A stretch of DNA of 64,000 nucleotides, taken from positions 290,831-354,830 of the forward strand of contig JAGYJG010000001.1 of the NCBI GenBank assembly GCA_018402155.1, written 5' to 3'. Below the pieces are notes generated by a model. It made no database searches and was not told the DNA's origin. It saw only the letters and a program-made list of their open reading frames with translations. The position numbers were made by a program, and so were the translations under genes. The stretch comes from Bacteroidia bacterium (lineage in GTDB: Bacteria; Bacteroidota; Bacteroidia; NS11-12g; UBA9320). This document shows, piece after piece, positions 50,828 to 60,224 of this stretch (positions are counted from its first letter, which is position 1; every line of letters begins with the position of its first letter).

Positions 50828-51601
50828 TTATAGAATTATCTTTCCATTAAAAATCAGCACCGCTGGTCCGCTGAGGTAGATGTTTTCAAAACTAGTTGCT
50901 TTTTTTTCAAATGATACAGTTAGTGTTCCGCCACGGGTTTGTAGTTTTTGGGTAAATCGCTTTTGTGTACTTTCTGTTTCTAGGTAATGAGCTATAGCTG
51001 CAGCGGTTACTCCTGTACCACAGCTCAGTGTTTCGTCTTCAACACCACGTTCGTAAGTGCGTATATAGAGTACCCCGTTTCTGGGCTCTAGGTAGTTTAC
51101 ATTGATTCCAGTTTCTATAAAAGTATCATTATATCGTATGATATGTGCTGCCGCTATAAGATCTAATTCATCTATTTCTTGTGTGTAGGCTATATAGTGC
51201 GGAGACCCAGTGTGGAGTATATATCCATTATCTTCTACGAGTACCATATCTACGTTGTGCATTTGTAGGCGCACTTCATTGCCACTTATCTCTGCTCGGT
51301 GTTCCCCATCATTGGAGTTGAAAACACATTCGTTTTCTATCCATCCTAAGTACCTAGCATGCATTACTGCGCATCTACTCCCGTTGCCACAAAAACTTGT
51401 CGTGCCATCAGAGTTATAGTACATCATATCAAAATGTGGAGAATCCCTTTTTGTCATTAGAATTAGCCCATCAGCACCAATACCATATTTTCTGTCACAC
51501 AAGAATTGAATTTGCTCGGTAGTCACATTTTTTAGTTCGGTAGTGATTATAAAATCATTACCAGTTCCTTGGTATTTATAAAATTGTATTTCTTTATTCA
51601 C
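50828..51601 (-). CDS. dapF: diaminopimelate epimerase
   Basis: 257 aa; FYKYQGTGNDFII and SFCGNGSRC catalytic Cys motifs. Confidence 0.85.
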   Translation of the reverse strand: MNKEIQFYKYQGTGNDFIITTELKNVTTEQIQFLCDRKYGIGADGLILMTKRDSPHFDMMYYNSDGTTSFCGNGSRCAVMHARYLGWIENECVFNSNDGEHRAEISGNEVRLQMHNVDMVLVEDNGYILHTGSPHYIAYTQEIDELDLIAAAHIIRYNDTFIETGINVNYLEPRNGVLYIRTYERGVEDETLSCGTGVTAAAIAHYLETESTQKRFTQKLQTRGGTLTVSFEKKATSFENIYLSGPAVLIFNGKIIL

Positions 51602-52685
51602 GGAGTACGTTTAATAGGGTTGAGTTGGTCACTTCTATAAGTCTATTATATTCTGAATTCTTTTTTAAAAAATAATATTTCCCATCTAGCATTGTGTACA
51701 GTCTGTTATCCAATTCTTTGAAAATTAGTTTTTTCTGCTTGTCTAAGCCATAAAGTTTTACAACACGTCCGTTGTATTGATAGCCTATGTAGTTAACTAC
51801 ACTTTTCCAATATTCTACTGTTATTTCCCTTTTGGCAGCATTTGTTATTTGAGTATTCACTTCATTTTCAGTTGCTTTATTACTGAATTTTTCTGGCTCT
51901 GCATTATTTTGTGGTTTTGCTTCATCATTAGTTTTTACCACATTATTGGTGTAGTACATATCTACGTCATGTACTGAAAATATTTTCTTGTCTATTAATT
52001 CGTCACTGCGTACTATAATTTCATCATCGATTTTTTCAGACTTTTCAGTTTTGATGGATTCTTGTGGCTGGCCAGAATATTTGTTTCCAATAGTCTGATT
52101 ATTATCTGATGAAGCATTGCTATTTTTTTCTTCTTCTTTTTCTTCTTCTTCTTCTTCTGACGGATTTGTCTTAATGTCTGTTGGTATTTCTGCAGATACC
52201 TCTCCACTGTCCGTATGGAATGGTGCTAACTCCAACTCAAGAGCTTGTGTATCTGCTGACATTTGGTTTGCACCAGCAGTAGTATCCAGTTCTGTTAGGT
52301 CTACTACTTTTTTACTGCGTTGCGGAGTATTCTTTTTTTCTATTTCTTGCTTTGTTGTGAGTGGTCTAGTAGTCTTTTTAAAAGGTTTTAATGTGCTAAT
52401 AACTACTGAAATAAGCGCTATTGCAGCAATAAATACCAATATAAATGTAAGTTTGGGTCGTAGGGTTGGGTTATTTTTATTGGCTATTGAAGTGCGCAAA
52501 AAAAGTTTTAATTCCTGCTCTCTTGAAGTTTTTATAGCCTGTATTATTTGACGCTGCGAAGCGAGTTTTTTTTGTAGAGCATGATCCTCTTTTAGGTTTG
52601 CCTTGAACTTATCAAGCTCGGAACCTTGTAATTCACCATTGAGATAATCATTGATTAAGTGATATGTTTGCTCGTCTTTATTCAC
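51594..52685 (-). CDS. putative membrane anti-sigma factor with acidic low-complexity linker
   Basis: 363 aa; N-terminal ~60 aa cytoplasmic helix-rich domain, single TM (LTFILVFIAAIALISVVISTL), EEEEEEKEEEK linker, C-terminal conserved domain; ATGA overlap with upstream ECF sigma gene. Confidence 0.5.
   Translation of the reverse strand: MNKDEQTYHLINDYLNGELQGSELDKFKANLKEDHALQKKLASQRQIIQAIKTSREQELKLFLRTSIANKNNPTLRPKLTFILVFIAAIALISVVISTLKPFKKTTRPLTTKQEIEKKNTPQRSKKVVDLTELDTTAGANQMSADTQALELELAPFHTDSGEVSAEIPTDIKTNPSEEEEEEKEEEKNSNASSDNNQTIGNKYSGQPQESIKTEKSEKIDDEIIVRSDELIDKKIFSVHDVDMYYTNNVVKTNDEAKPQNNAEPEKFSNKATENEVNTQITNAAKREITVEYWKSVVNYIGYQYNGRVVKLYGLDKQKKLIFKELDNRLYTMLDGKYYFLKKNSEYNRLIEVTNSTLLNVLRE
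52123..52157. repeat. in-frame (TTC/GAA)n trinucleotide microsatellite inside anti-sigma factor gene
   Basis: ~10 tandem TTC units on + strand encode the poly-Glu tract on minus strand. Confidence 0.8.
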
Positions 52686-53245
52686 CCTAAGTCATCTTTT
52701 TCGTAATGGCTCATTACGCTAGTTCTTAGCTTTTTAAAGCATTGATATTTTTTACTCTTTACCATGTTTGGATTAGCTAATTGAAGTTTTTTAGCAATAA
52801 GTTTAGTAGTCAAGCCATCAAAATAAAAGTATGAAAGTAGTTTACGAGAGGTATCATCCATTTCGTCTATGAGGGATACAATAATACTTTGATTCATTTC
52901 TAAATGCGTAATTTCTGCGTCTTGTTCAGCTTTGTTACTTTCGTCTACAAGTTGAAACTTTGTACGCTTTTTTAGTACTTTAAACCATAAATTTTTGGCA
53001 GTTCGCATGATATAATCACTGAGCTTACTTTGCAAAACAAAATCGCTTTTCGTAGCATTCTTCCATACCGTGATTATGGTATTCTGCACTATGTCTTCTG
53101 CTTCATTTTCGTCTCCGTCATTTTTTAGTACAAAGCTTTTTATTGCAGTATGGTGCTCGTGATACAGGTAAATTAGAATCTGCTCATCTGCTTGTTCCAA
53201 CTTTTCCAGCACGGTATGATCGGCTAGTTTACCTATGCCAAACAT
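52682..53245 (-). CDS. RNA polymerase sigma-70 factor, ECF subfamily
   Basis: 187 aa; region 2 (…EDIVQNTIITVWKN…) and region 4 HTH (…LSYFYFDGLTTKLIAKKL…). Confidence 0.75.
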   Translation of the reverse strand: MFGIGKLADHTVLEKLEQADEQILIYLYHEHHTAIKSFVLKNDGDENEAEDIVQNTIITVWKNATKSDFVLQSKLSDYIMRTAKNLWFKVLKKRTKFQLVDESNKAEQDAEITHLEMNQSIIVSLIDEMDDTSRKLLSYFYFDGLTTKLIAKKLQLANPNMVKSKKYQCFKKLRTSVMSHYEKDDLG

Positions 53246-53450
53246 TTTGTAGAAACTTAATACTTATTAATCGATAAGGATAAACACAAGGTAATGAAAA
53301 CATCTTTATAGTCGTTATGTTTACAATGTTTAAATGCATACTGATGTTGCAAATTTAAGAAATAAAGTTGGTCTTAGTTAAATTCTTAATTGAATGAATT
53401 TGGAACAGCAATTGTATGTGATTTGGTTCAATTTTAATAAGAAAAAAAAG

Positions 53451-54908
53451 ATGAATAGTAAAAAAGTTTTAGGGATTTTGGGTATTGCTACTATAGGTGG
53501 TTTGGTGGCGTTGGGCATAAGCCGTGTATTTAGTCCACAAGATAAGCCGGTAAATTTCACGTATCACGAAACTGCTAAGTTTACATTGGCTGAAAAAATG
53601 GCAGATGCTTCTGTGTTAGACTTTGTTTCTGTGGCAGAAGTTAGCACCCCTGCGGTTGTTCATATCAAAAGTACAATTAAAAATACAAGTAGATCTCAAG
53701 CATTTAATCCATTTGAAGATTTTTTTGGGCCGGGTTTTGGAAGCCCTCAGCCCGGTCCTCAACAAAGTACAGGATCTGGTGTCATTATCAGAAAAAATGG
53801 TTATATCGTAACCAATAATCACGTAGTAGATAATGCGACGCTTGTAGAAGTGGTATTGGACGATAAACGTAGTTATGTAGCTGAAGTAATGGGTGTAGAC
53901 CCAGAAACAGATTTAGCCCTACTCAAAATAGAAGAGGATAATCTTCCATTTTTAAATTTGGGTAATAGTGATGAATTGAAAGTAGGAGAGTGGGTAGTCG
54001 CCGTGGGTAATCCATTTAATCTGACTAGTACAGTAACAGTCGGAATAGTAAGTGCAAAAGGGCGTAGTATTAATTTACTTCGCCAGCGAGGGGGTGAGTA
54101 TGCTATAGAAAATTTTATTCAAACAGATGCTGCAGTTAACCCAGGAAACAGTGGAGGAGCCTTAGTCAATACAAGTGGCGAGCTTATTGGTATCAACACG
54201 GCCATAGCTTCTCAGACTGGGTCATTTTCAGGATACTCTTTTGCCATTCCCATAAATTTAGCAAAAAAAATTATTTCAGATTTGAAAGATTATGGCGAAG
54301 TGAAAAGAGCCATATTGGGTGTGCGCATACAAGATATCACTCAAGAACTAGCAGACGAAAAAGGTCTTAAAGAGTTGACAGGTGTATATATACCCAATGT
54401 TTCTGAGGGAGGAAGTGCTGATAAAGCGGGTATAAAAGATGGTGATGTGATTGTTAAAATTAATAACATTGTAATCAATAAGTCTTCCGAATTGCAGGAG
54501 GAAATAAGTAAATACCACCCCGGTGATAAAGTAGATATTACTCTAATTCGCGATGGTAAAGAGAAACTTGTGACCGCAACGCTGCTGTCTAAAGATGGAG
54601 AAAGTGAAATTGTGAAAGAGGTGGCAAAAGAGGAGATGAAAGTGTTGGGTGCTGAAATTATTAATTTGAGCAGAGAGGAAAGATTGGCACTTAAAGTAAA
54701 AAACGGGGTGAAAGTAGTTAAAATTGGCGTTGGACAGATGAAGGATAAAGGTATTCCAAGCGGCTTTGTAATAACCCACATAGATAAAATACCCATGTAT
54801 GTGAGTCAAGATGTAAAAAATGCATTGCAAGATAAAGAGGGTGCGGTACTAATAGAAGGCGTAGCACCTAACGGAAAAAAAGAAGCATATGCTATCCGTT
54901 TGGATTAG
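53451..54908 (+). CDS. htrA: periplasmic serine endoprotease DegP/DegQ/HtrA family (2 PDZ)
   Basis: start at MNSKKVLGIL… (ATG 53451); catalytic H (TNNHVV), D (DLALLK), S (GNSGGALV); two PDZ domains. Confidence 0.85.
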   Translation: MNSKKVLGILGIATIGGLVALGISRVFSPQDKPVNFTYHETAKFTLAEKMADASVLDFVSVAEVSTPAVVHIKSTIKNTSRSQAFNPFEDFFGPGFGSPQPGPQQSTGSGVIIRKNGYIVTNNHVVDNATLVEVVLDDKRSYVAEVMGVDPETDLALLKIEEDNLPFLNLGNSDELKVGEWVVAVGNPFNLTSTVTVGIVSAKGRSINLLRQRGGEYAIENFIQTDAAVNPGNSGGALVNTSGELIGINTAIASQTGSFSGYSFAIPINLAKKIISDLKDYGEVKRAILGVRIQDITQELADEKGLKELTGVYIPNVSEGGSADKAGIKDGDVIVKINNIVINKSSELQEEISKYHPGDKVDITLIRDGKEKLVTATLLSKDGESEIVKEVAKEEMKVLGAEIINLSREERLALKVKNGVKVVKIGVGQMKDKGIPSGFVITHIDKIPMYVSQDVKNALQDKEGAVLIEGVAPNGKKEAYAIRLD

Positions 54909-55002
54909 CACTGGCGGGAATAATTTTGAAGTCACACTCTGTGAATGATGGTAAGTACTTACTATCATTATTTGCCAAATGCAGAAAAGTTTCTCTAAAG
55001 TT

Positions 55003-55036
55003 AAGTTTCTTTAAAGTTAACAAAGAAACTTTTTTT
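55003..55036 (+). terminator. intrinsic terminator after htrA
   Basis: perfect 10-bp stem AAGTTTCTTT / AAAGAAACTT with 9-nt loop followed by TTTTTT. Confidence 0.6.
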
Positions 55037-55081
55037 GATTTGGTTCTTTTAGATAGGCTTAAAGCATTTCAATGAAGAAAT

Positions 55082-55789
55082 TTAGATATCAAATCCATTC
55101 CAGGTTTCAAATTTCCATATTTCAAGTATTTGATCTATATGTAAAGTGTAAGGAGCATAAGCGCTATTGGTGCTTACTAGCGTGAGACTTTGTTCTGCCT
55201 TGATTGAATTATATAATCGTTTGAATACTATGCCCTCATCTTTGGTTACAATAATATAGTTTTCACCATCTTTTATCTCGTGCCAGTCTTGCAGGTAACT
55301 AGCTGTCACCCAAGACCCTTCGCTCACTGGAGGCATGCTATCTCCTTTTATTTGAAAACTCCGGTAGGTTTTATTCTTGGGTAAAAAGGGAAGTTTGAAT
55401 TTTGGTAGCTCCTTTATAAACTCGGGGTCTGAATATCCTCCAGTGTATCCGGCCTGGGCTTTCATGCTCACTATTTCTATATTTTCATCTTCATTAGCAT
55501 CCACACTTACTGTGAGCAGTCTAAGTTTTCGTCCACGTACGTCAGCTTCACTTCCTTTTAGTATCTGAGTAAGTTTAAAATGGGTTAGCTTACTTAAATC
55601 ATGCCGTACCAATCCGTCTAAAGTAACATTGAAATAGTCAGCAATATCTATTTGAATATCAAAAGGTGGTTGAACACCCCGTTCGTAACTGTTTAATTTT
55701 GAGCGAGTAAGATTTAAAGAGTCGGCAAGATCTTGTTGAGATAATCCTTTTTGTGTCCTAAGTAACTTAATGTTTTTATCGAAATACAT
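55082..55789 (-). CDS. XRE-family HTH regulator with C-terminal S24 (LexA/cI-like) peptidase domain
   Basis: 235 aa; N-terminal HTH (LLRTQKGLSQQDLADSLNLTRSKLNSYERG); C-terminal self-cleaving serine context GDSM and downstream Lys. Confidence 0.65.
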   Translation of the reverse strand: MYFDKNIKLLRTQKGLSQQDLADSLNLTRSKLNSYERGVQPPFDIQIDIADYFNVTLDGLVRHDLSKLTHFKLTQILKGSEADVRGRKLRLLTVSVDANEDENIEIVSMKAQAGYTGGYSDPEFIKELPKFKLPFLPKNKTYRSFQIKGDSMPPVSEGSWVTASYLQDWHEIKDGENYIIVTKDEGIVFKRLYNSIKAEQSLTLVSTNSAYAPYTLHIDQILEIWKFETWNGFDI

Positions 55790-55954
55790 ATGAAGTGCAA
55801 ATATAGACTAAAATATTATCTTTTTTATGACAAAAATATAATCAAAAATTTATTTCACCTTATTTACTAGTCTTATTCCGTTCTTATGAAGTGCTTTTAT
55901 ATCCTTTTTTTTGGCGTTGAAAGAAAAAGAAACGTCGGGTATTTTATTTTTGTG

Positions 55955-55985
55955 TTGAATAACCCTTAAAATATAGATACTTTTG
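55955..55985 (+). promoter_or_regulatory. candidate sigma-A promoter for mreB operon (-33 TTG / -7 TACTTTTG, 20-nt spacer)
   Basis: TTG 55955-55957, TACTTTTG 55978-55985, 38 nt upstream of mreB ATG. Confidence 0.4.
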
Positions 55986-56022
55986 CATTAAATCCAGATA
56001 ATCATACTTTAGTACAACCCAA

Positions 56023-57048
56023 ATGGGAATTTTTAATTTTTTCACACAAGAACTTGCCATAGATTTAGGCACGGCAAATACACTTATTATTTATAAGGAT
56101 AAGCTAGTAGTAGATGAACCCTCTATTATTGCTATAAACAGAACTACAAAAGAGGTTTTGGCTATAGGGAGCGAAGCGCAAAAAATGCATGGTAAAACCC
56201 ACGAAGAGATAAAAACTATAAGGCCTTTGAAGGATGGTGTAATAGCAGATTTTGAAGCCGCCGAGCAAATGATTAGCGGTTTTATAAAAATGATTAATAC
56301 CAAAGGTACCTTTGGTAGTCCGCAGCTTAGAATGGTTATTTGTATACCTAGTGGCATTACTCAAGTGGAAAAGCGAGCTGTAAAAGAAAGTGCTGAACGA
56401 AGTGGAGGTAAAGAAGTATATATGATTCCTGAACCAATGGCTGCAGCAATAGGCATAGGTATTGATGTAGCTGAGCCAATGGGAAATATGATAATTGATA
56501 TAGGTGGTGGTACTACGGAAATTGCAGTAATTGCCCTGTCAGGTATTGTTTCAGACGAGTCTATTCGGGTAGCTGGAGATGACTTTACCAACGATATAAT
56601 TGAGTATATGCGCCGTCAGCACAATCTAATGATTGGTGAGCGTACCGCAGAAAACATAAAGGTAGAAGTTGGAGCAGCTTTACCAGAACTAGAAAATCCA
56701 CCAGAAGATTATGCCGTAAATGGAAGAGACTTAATGACGGGTATCCCGAAGCAAATCATGGTATCGTATTCTGAAATTGCCCTAGCATTAGATAAATCCA
56801 TCTCTAAAATAGAAGAAGCCGTAATGAAAGCCCTTGAGCTGACACCACCCGAGCTTTCTGCAGATATATATCAAACAGGCCTTTATCTTACCGGGGGAGG
56901 AGCTCTGCTAAGAGGCCTAGGAAGACGTATCAGTAGTAAAACAAAATTGCCCGTTTATGTAGCGGAAGATCCGCTAAGAGCAGTGGTAAGGGGAACAGCA
57001 GTAGCACTTAAAAACCTGAAAAGCTATAAAACTATTTTTACTACTTAA
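56023..57048 (+). CDS. mreB: rod shape-determining protein MreB
   Basis: 341 aa; actin-fold motifs IDLGTANTLI, DIGGGTTE. Confidence 0.95.
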   Translation: MGIFNFFTQELAIDLGTANTLIIYKDKLVVDEPSIIAINRTTKEVLAIGSEAQKMHGKTHEEIKTIRPLKDGVIADFEAAEQMISGFIKMINTKGTFGSPQLRMVICIPSGITQVEKRAVKESAERSGGKEVYMIPEPMAAAIGIGIDVAEPMGNMIIDIGGGTTEIAVIALSGIVSDESIRVAGDDFTNDIIEYMRRQHNLMIGERTAENIKVEVGAALPELENPPEDYAVNGRDLMTGIPKQIMVSYSEIALALDKSISKIEEAVMKALELTPPELSADIYQTGLYLTGGGALLRGLGRRISSKTKLPVYVAEDPLRAVVRGTAVALKNLKSYKTIFTT

Positions 57049-57872
57049 TGCAACGCCTGCTTGCGTTCATAGAGCATAACCTTCATCTTATACTATTTGT
57101 AGTGCTACAAATGGTGTGCGGGTTTCTTATTTTTGGACTCAATCCATACCAACAAGCCTCTTTTACCCATAGAGCTAGTAATGTAACAGCATTTGTCAAT
57201 ACCCTCACTTCTGATTTTGTAAACTATCTTAACCTCAAAGAACAAAATATTATGCTGCAAGATCAGGTGGCCTTTCAGTTTAGAGATTTACCTAGTACTA
57301 CTTTTTTATATTTGGACGATACACTTACAGTCTCCGATACTACAAGTAGACCAGTTTTTGACTTAGTGCCTGTTCAAGTCGTTTATCAAACTGCCAATAA
57401 GGCGGAAAATATTTTCATTATTAATAAGGGGAGTAAACAAGGCATAAAACGCAACATGGGCGTACTGTCTTCTGAAGGTGTGGCAGGAATTGTTTTAGCC
57501 ACAAACGAAAGTTACAGTACAGTTATGTCTTTGTTAAATGTGAACTTCAGTCTCACCCCAAATATCAAAGGTGTTGAATATTTTCTTCCTATTAAATGGG
57601 AAAATAAGCGTACCAATATCTTGCGCATCAAAGGTGTAAATAAACTTGAAAACATTAGTCTGGGTGATGTGGTAAAAACAGGCAACTCTACAGTACTTTT
57701 TCCTCCAGGTTTATCTATTGGTAAAGTGGTAAACATTGAAACTACAAGTACAAGCCAATACTCGGATATTGAAATCGAATCTGCTACGGATTTTAGAAAA
57801 CTTCAATACGCATACGTAGTAATCAATAAGGATTATAATCAAATTCAAGAATTGTTAGAATATGCAAATTAA
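57048..57872 (+). CDS. mreC: rod shape-determining protein MreC
   Basis: 274 aa; N-terminal TM, coiled coil, beta-rich C-terminus; ATGA-coupled to mreB. Confidence 0.8.
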   Translation: MQRLLAFIEHNLHLILFVVLQMVCGFLIFGLNPYQQASFTHRASNVTAFVNTLTSDFVNYLNLKEQNIMLQDQVAFQFRDLPSTTFLYLDDTLTVSDTTSRPVFDLVPVQVVYQTANKAENIFIINKGSKQGIKRNMGVLSSEGVAGIVLATNESYSTVMSLLNVNFSLTPNIKGVEYFLPIKWENKRTNILRIKGVNKLENISLGDVVKTGNSTVLFPPGLSIGKVVNIETTSTSQYSDIEIESATDFRKLQYAYVVINKDYNQIQELLEYAN

Positions 57873-58362
57873 ACTAGTCTATTGGGGGGTTATTATGGCG
57901 TTGCAATTGCTTGTTTTAAATCATCTTGGTTTTTCAGCGTTTGTAATGCCGCAGGTCTTTATCGTATTACTAATTTCTATGCCCCTACATTGGAGTAAAA
58001 TGATTCAGGTGGCTGTTGGCTTTGGTTTAGGACTTCTCATAGATCTTTTTATAGGATCTCCTGGTATACACGCCTCTGCTTGTTTGTGGCTAGTCTTGTT
58101 GCGTATCGGTATACTAAATACGCAAGATATTAAACAGCAAATTGCTAATAAATTGCCCTACGATATTTATTCAGTGGGTGTTACGCCTTTCTTTTATTCC
58201 GCGCTAGTGTTGGTGTTTTTCTATCACTTTTATATTTTTTGGATACAAAATATAGGATCTGCTAACGGGCATAGATATCTAATAACTACATTAATAAGTT
58301 CTTTTTTAGCTCTTACAATTATTGCAATTACACAGTACTTATTACCTAAGCGTGCATCGTGA
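57862..58362 (+). CDS. mreD: rod shape-determining protein MreD
   Basis: 166 aa, 5 TM, position between mreC and mrdA. Confidence 0.6.
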   Translation: MQIKLVYWGVIMALQLLVLNHLGFSAFVMPQVFIVLLISMPLHWSKMIQVAVGFGLGLLIDLFIGSPGIHASACLWLVLLRIGILNTQDIKQQIANKLPYDIYSVGVTPFFYSALVLVFFYHFYIFWIQNIGSANGHRYLITTLISSFLALTIIAITQYLLPKRAS

Positions 58363-60224
58363 ATAAACAGCGTACATATATTATAAACGTAGCCGTTGTA
58401 TTGGTCGGACTTATTTTTATTTTTCGTCTGTTTCAAATCCAAGTTTTGGATGATAAATATGTGAATATTGCCGAAAAAATATCACTAAGAAGACAAACAG
58501 TATACCCACAGAGAGGACTTATTTTTGATAGAAATGATAAACTAATCGTTTATAACGACCCAGTTTACGACTTGATGATTGCGGTACCTATACGATTGAA
58601 AGGTATTGATACAACTGCATTTTGCGCCTTACTGCAGATCGATAGAAGCGAGTTTGATAAAATGCTTGAACGAGCAAAAACAAATTCTTACAGGGGAAAG
58701 TCTGTTTTTAAAAGAAATGTGTCAAACTTGCTTTATGCCCGCTTGCAAGAGCGTTTGTACGAATTTTCCGGTTTTTTCTTTGAAATTAGACAAGATAGAA
58801 ATTATAAATACAATAGCGCAGCACACGTACTAGGTTATTTGGGTGAAATAAATAAGTCTGAACTAGATAAACAAGAGGAAGAATATTACGAGCAAGGAGA
58901 TTTTAATGGAAAAAAAGGTGTAGAACGGTTTTATGAAAAAGAATTGCGCGGTGTAAAAGGTGAACAATACCTCTATGTAGATAAGTTTGGAGTAATTAAA
59001 GGCTCTTACAAAGAGGGCAAACTAGATCAAGATGCTATAGATGGCAATAATTTACACCTCAGTATAGATATAGATTTACAACTATATGGAGAGCAGTTGT
59101 TGGATAATAAGATGGGAAGTGTTGTTGCTATTGAGCCGAGTACAGGCCAAATTCTAGCGCTTATCTCTAGCCCGTTTTATAATCCCGCAAAGTTCAACAT
59201 TCAAAATCGAGGAAAATACTACACCATGGCGATAAGTGATCCTACAAAGCCAATTTTTAATAGAGCCGTTAGTGCGCCATATCCGCCGGGTAGTACTTTT
59301 AAACCACTGATGGCTCTTGTTGGACTGCAAGACGAGGCTATAAATAAGCAAACGCACTTTGGGTGTCCGGGGTTTTATAGGCTGGGTAGGCGTATTATTA
59401 AGTGCCACCCACATGCTTTTAATACTGGTCTCCAACTGAGTATTGCCAGTAGCTGTAATACATTTTATTGCAATACATTTAAAAATATGATGCAGTTAGA
59501 TAAGTATGAAAATAGTGAGGAATCTTACAACGCATGGAGGAGTTATCTGAAAAGTTTTGGTGTGGGTGATAAACTAGGAATAGACGTAAGTAGCGAGGTC
59601 AGCGGATGGCTCAAAGATGCAGCCTATTATGATAAAATATACGGTAATGGATCTTGGAAGTATTCTAACATTATTTCACTATCATTTGGCCAAGGTGAAT
59701 TAGGCCTCACGCCTGTACAAATTGCAAACATAGCAGCAGCAATTGCTAATAGAGGTTTTTATTATACCCCGCATGTAGTCCGTAAAATAGAAAATATGGA
59801 ATACATTCCTGAAAAATATTTGGTTAAAAATCATACAAAAATTTCCCCTTCTCATTTCGATGCAGTTGTACAAGGTATGCAAGAGGTAACTCTTTCTGGT
59901 ACTGCGTCGCATCTTGTCATACCAGGAATAGCAATAGCAGGTAAAACAGGGACAGTTCAAAACCCCCATGGTAAAAATCACTCTGCTTACATGGCATTCG
60001 CACCTGTTATACAACCAAAAATTGCAATAGCAGTGGTGGTTGAAGAAGCTGGATACGGATCGTCTTGGGCAGCTCCTATAGCCCACCTTATGATAGAAAA
60101 ATACCTTATGCCAGATAGCGTCTCTAAAAGTTCTAAAGTAGATTTAGAAAGAAAAATGATGGAAAGCGATCTAATTCCATTAAAATATAAATCTCAAAGA
60201 AATGAAGCTTTATATGGAAAGTAA
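58359..60224 (+). CDS. mrdA: penicillin-binding protein 2 (peptidoglycan D,D-transpeptidase)
   Basis: 621 aa; STFK active site (PPGSTFKP), SxN and KTG (AGKTGT) motifs. Confidence 0.9.
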   Translation: MNKQRTYIINVAVVLVGLIFIFRLFQIQVLDDKYVNIAEKISLRRQTVYPQRGLIFDRNDKLIVYNDPVYDLMIAVPIRLKGIDTTAFCALLQIDRSEFDKMLERAKTNSYRGKSVFKRNVSNLLYARLQERLYEFSGFFFEIRQDRNYKYNSAAHVLGYLGEINKSELDKQEEEYYEQGDFNGKKGVERFYEKELRGVKGEQYLYVDKFGVIKGSYKEGKLDQDAIDGNNLHLSIDIDLQLYGEQLLDNKMGSVVAIEPSTGQILALISSPFYNPAKFNIQNRGKYYTMAISDPTKPIFNRAVSAPYPPGSTFKPLMALVGLQDEAINKQTHFGCPGFYRLGRRIIKCHPHAFNTGLQLSIASSCNTFYCNTFKNMMQLDKYENSEESYNAWRSYLKSFGVGDKLGIDVSSEVSGWLKDAAYYDKIYGNGSWKYSNIISLSFGQGELGLTPVQIANIAAAIANRGFYYTPHVVRKIENMEYIPEKYLVKNHTKISPSHFDAVVQGMQEVTLSGTASHLVIPGIAIAGKTGTVQNPHGKNHSAYMAFAPVIQPKIAIAVVVEEAGYGSSWAAPIAHLMIEKYLMPDSVSKSSKVDLERKMMESDLIPLKYKSQRNEALYGK

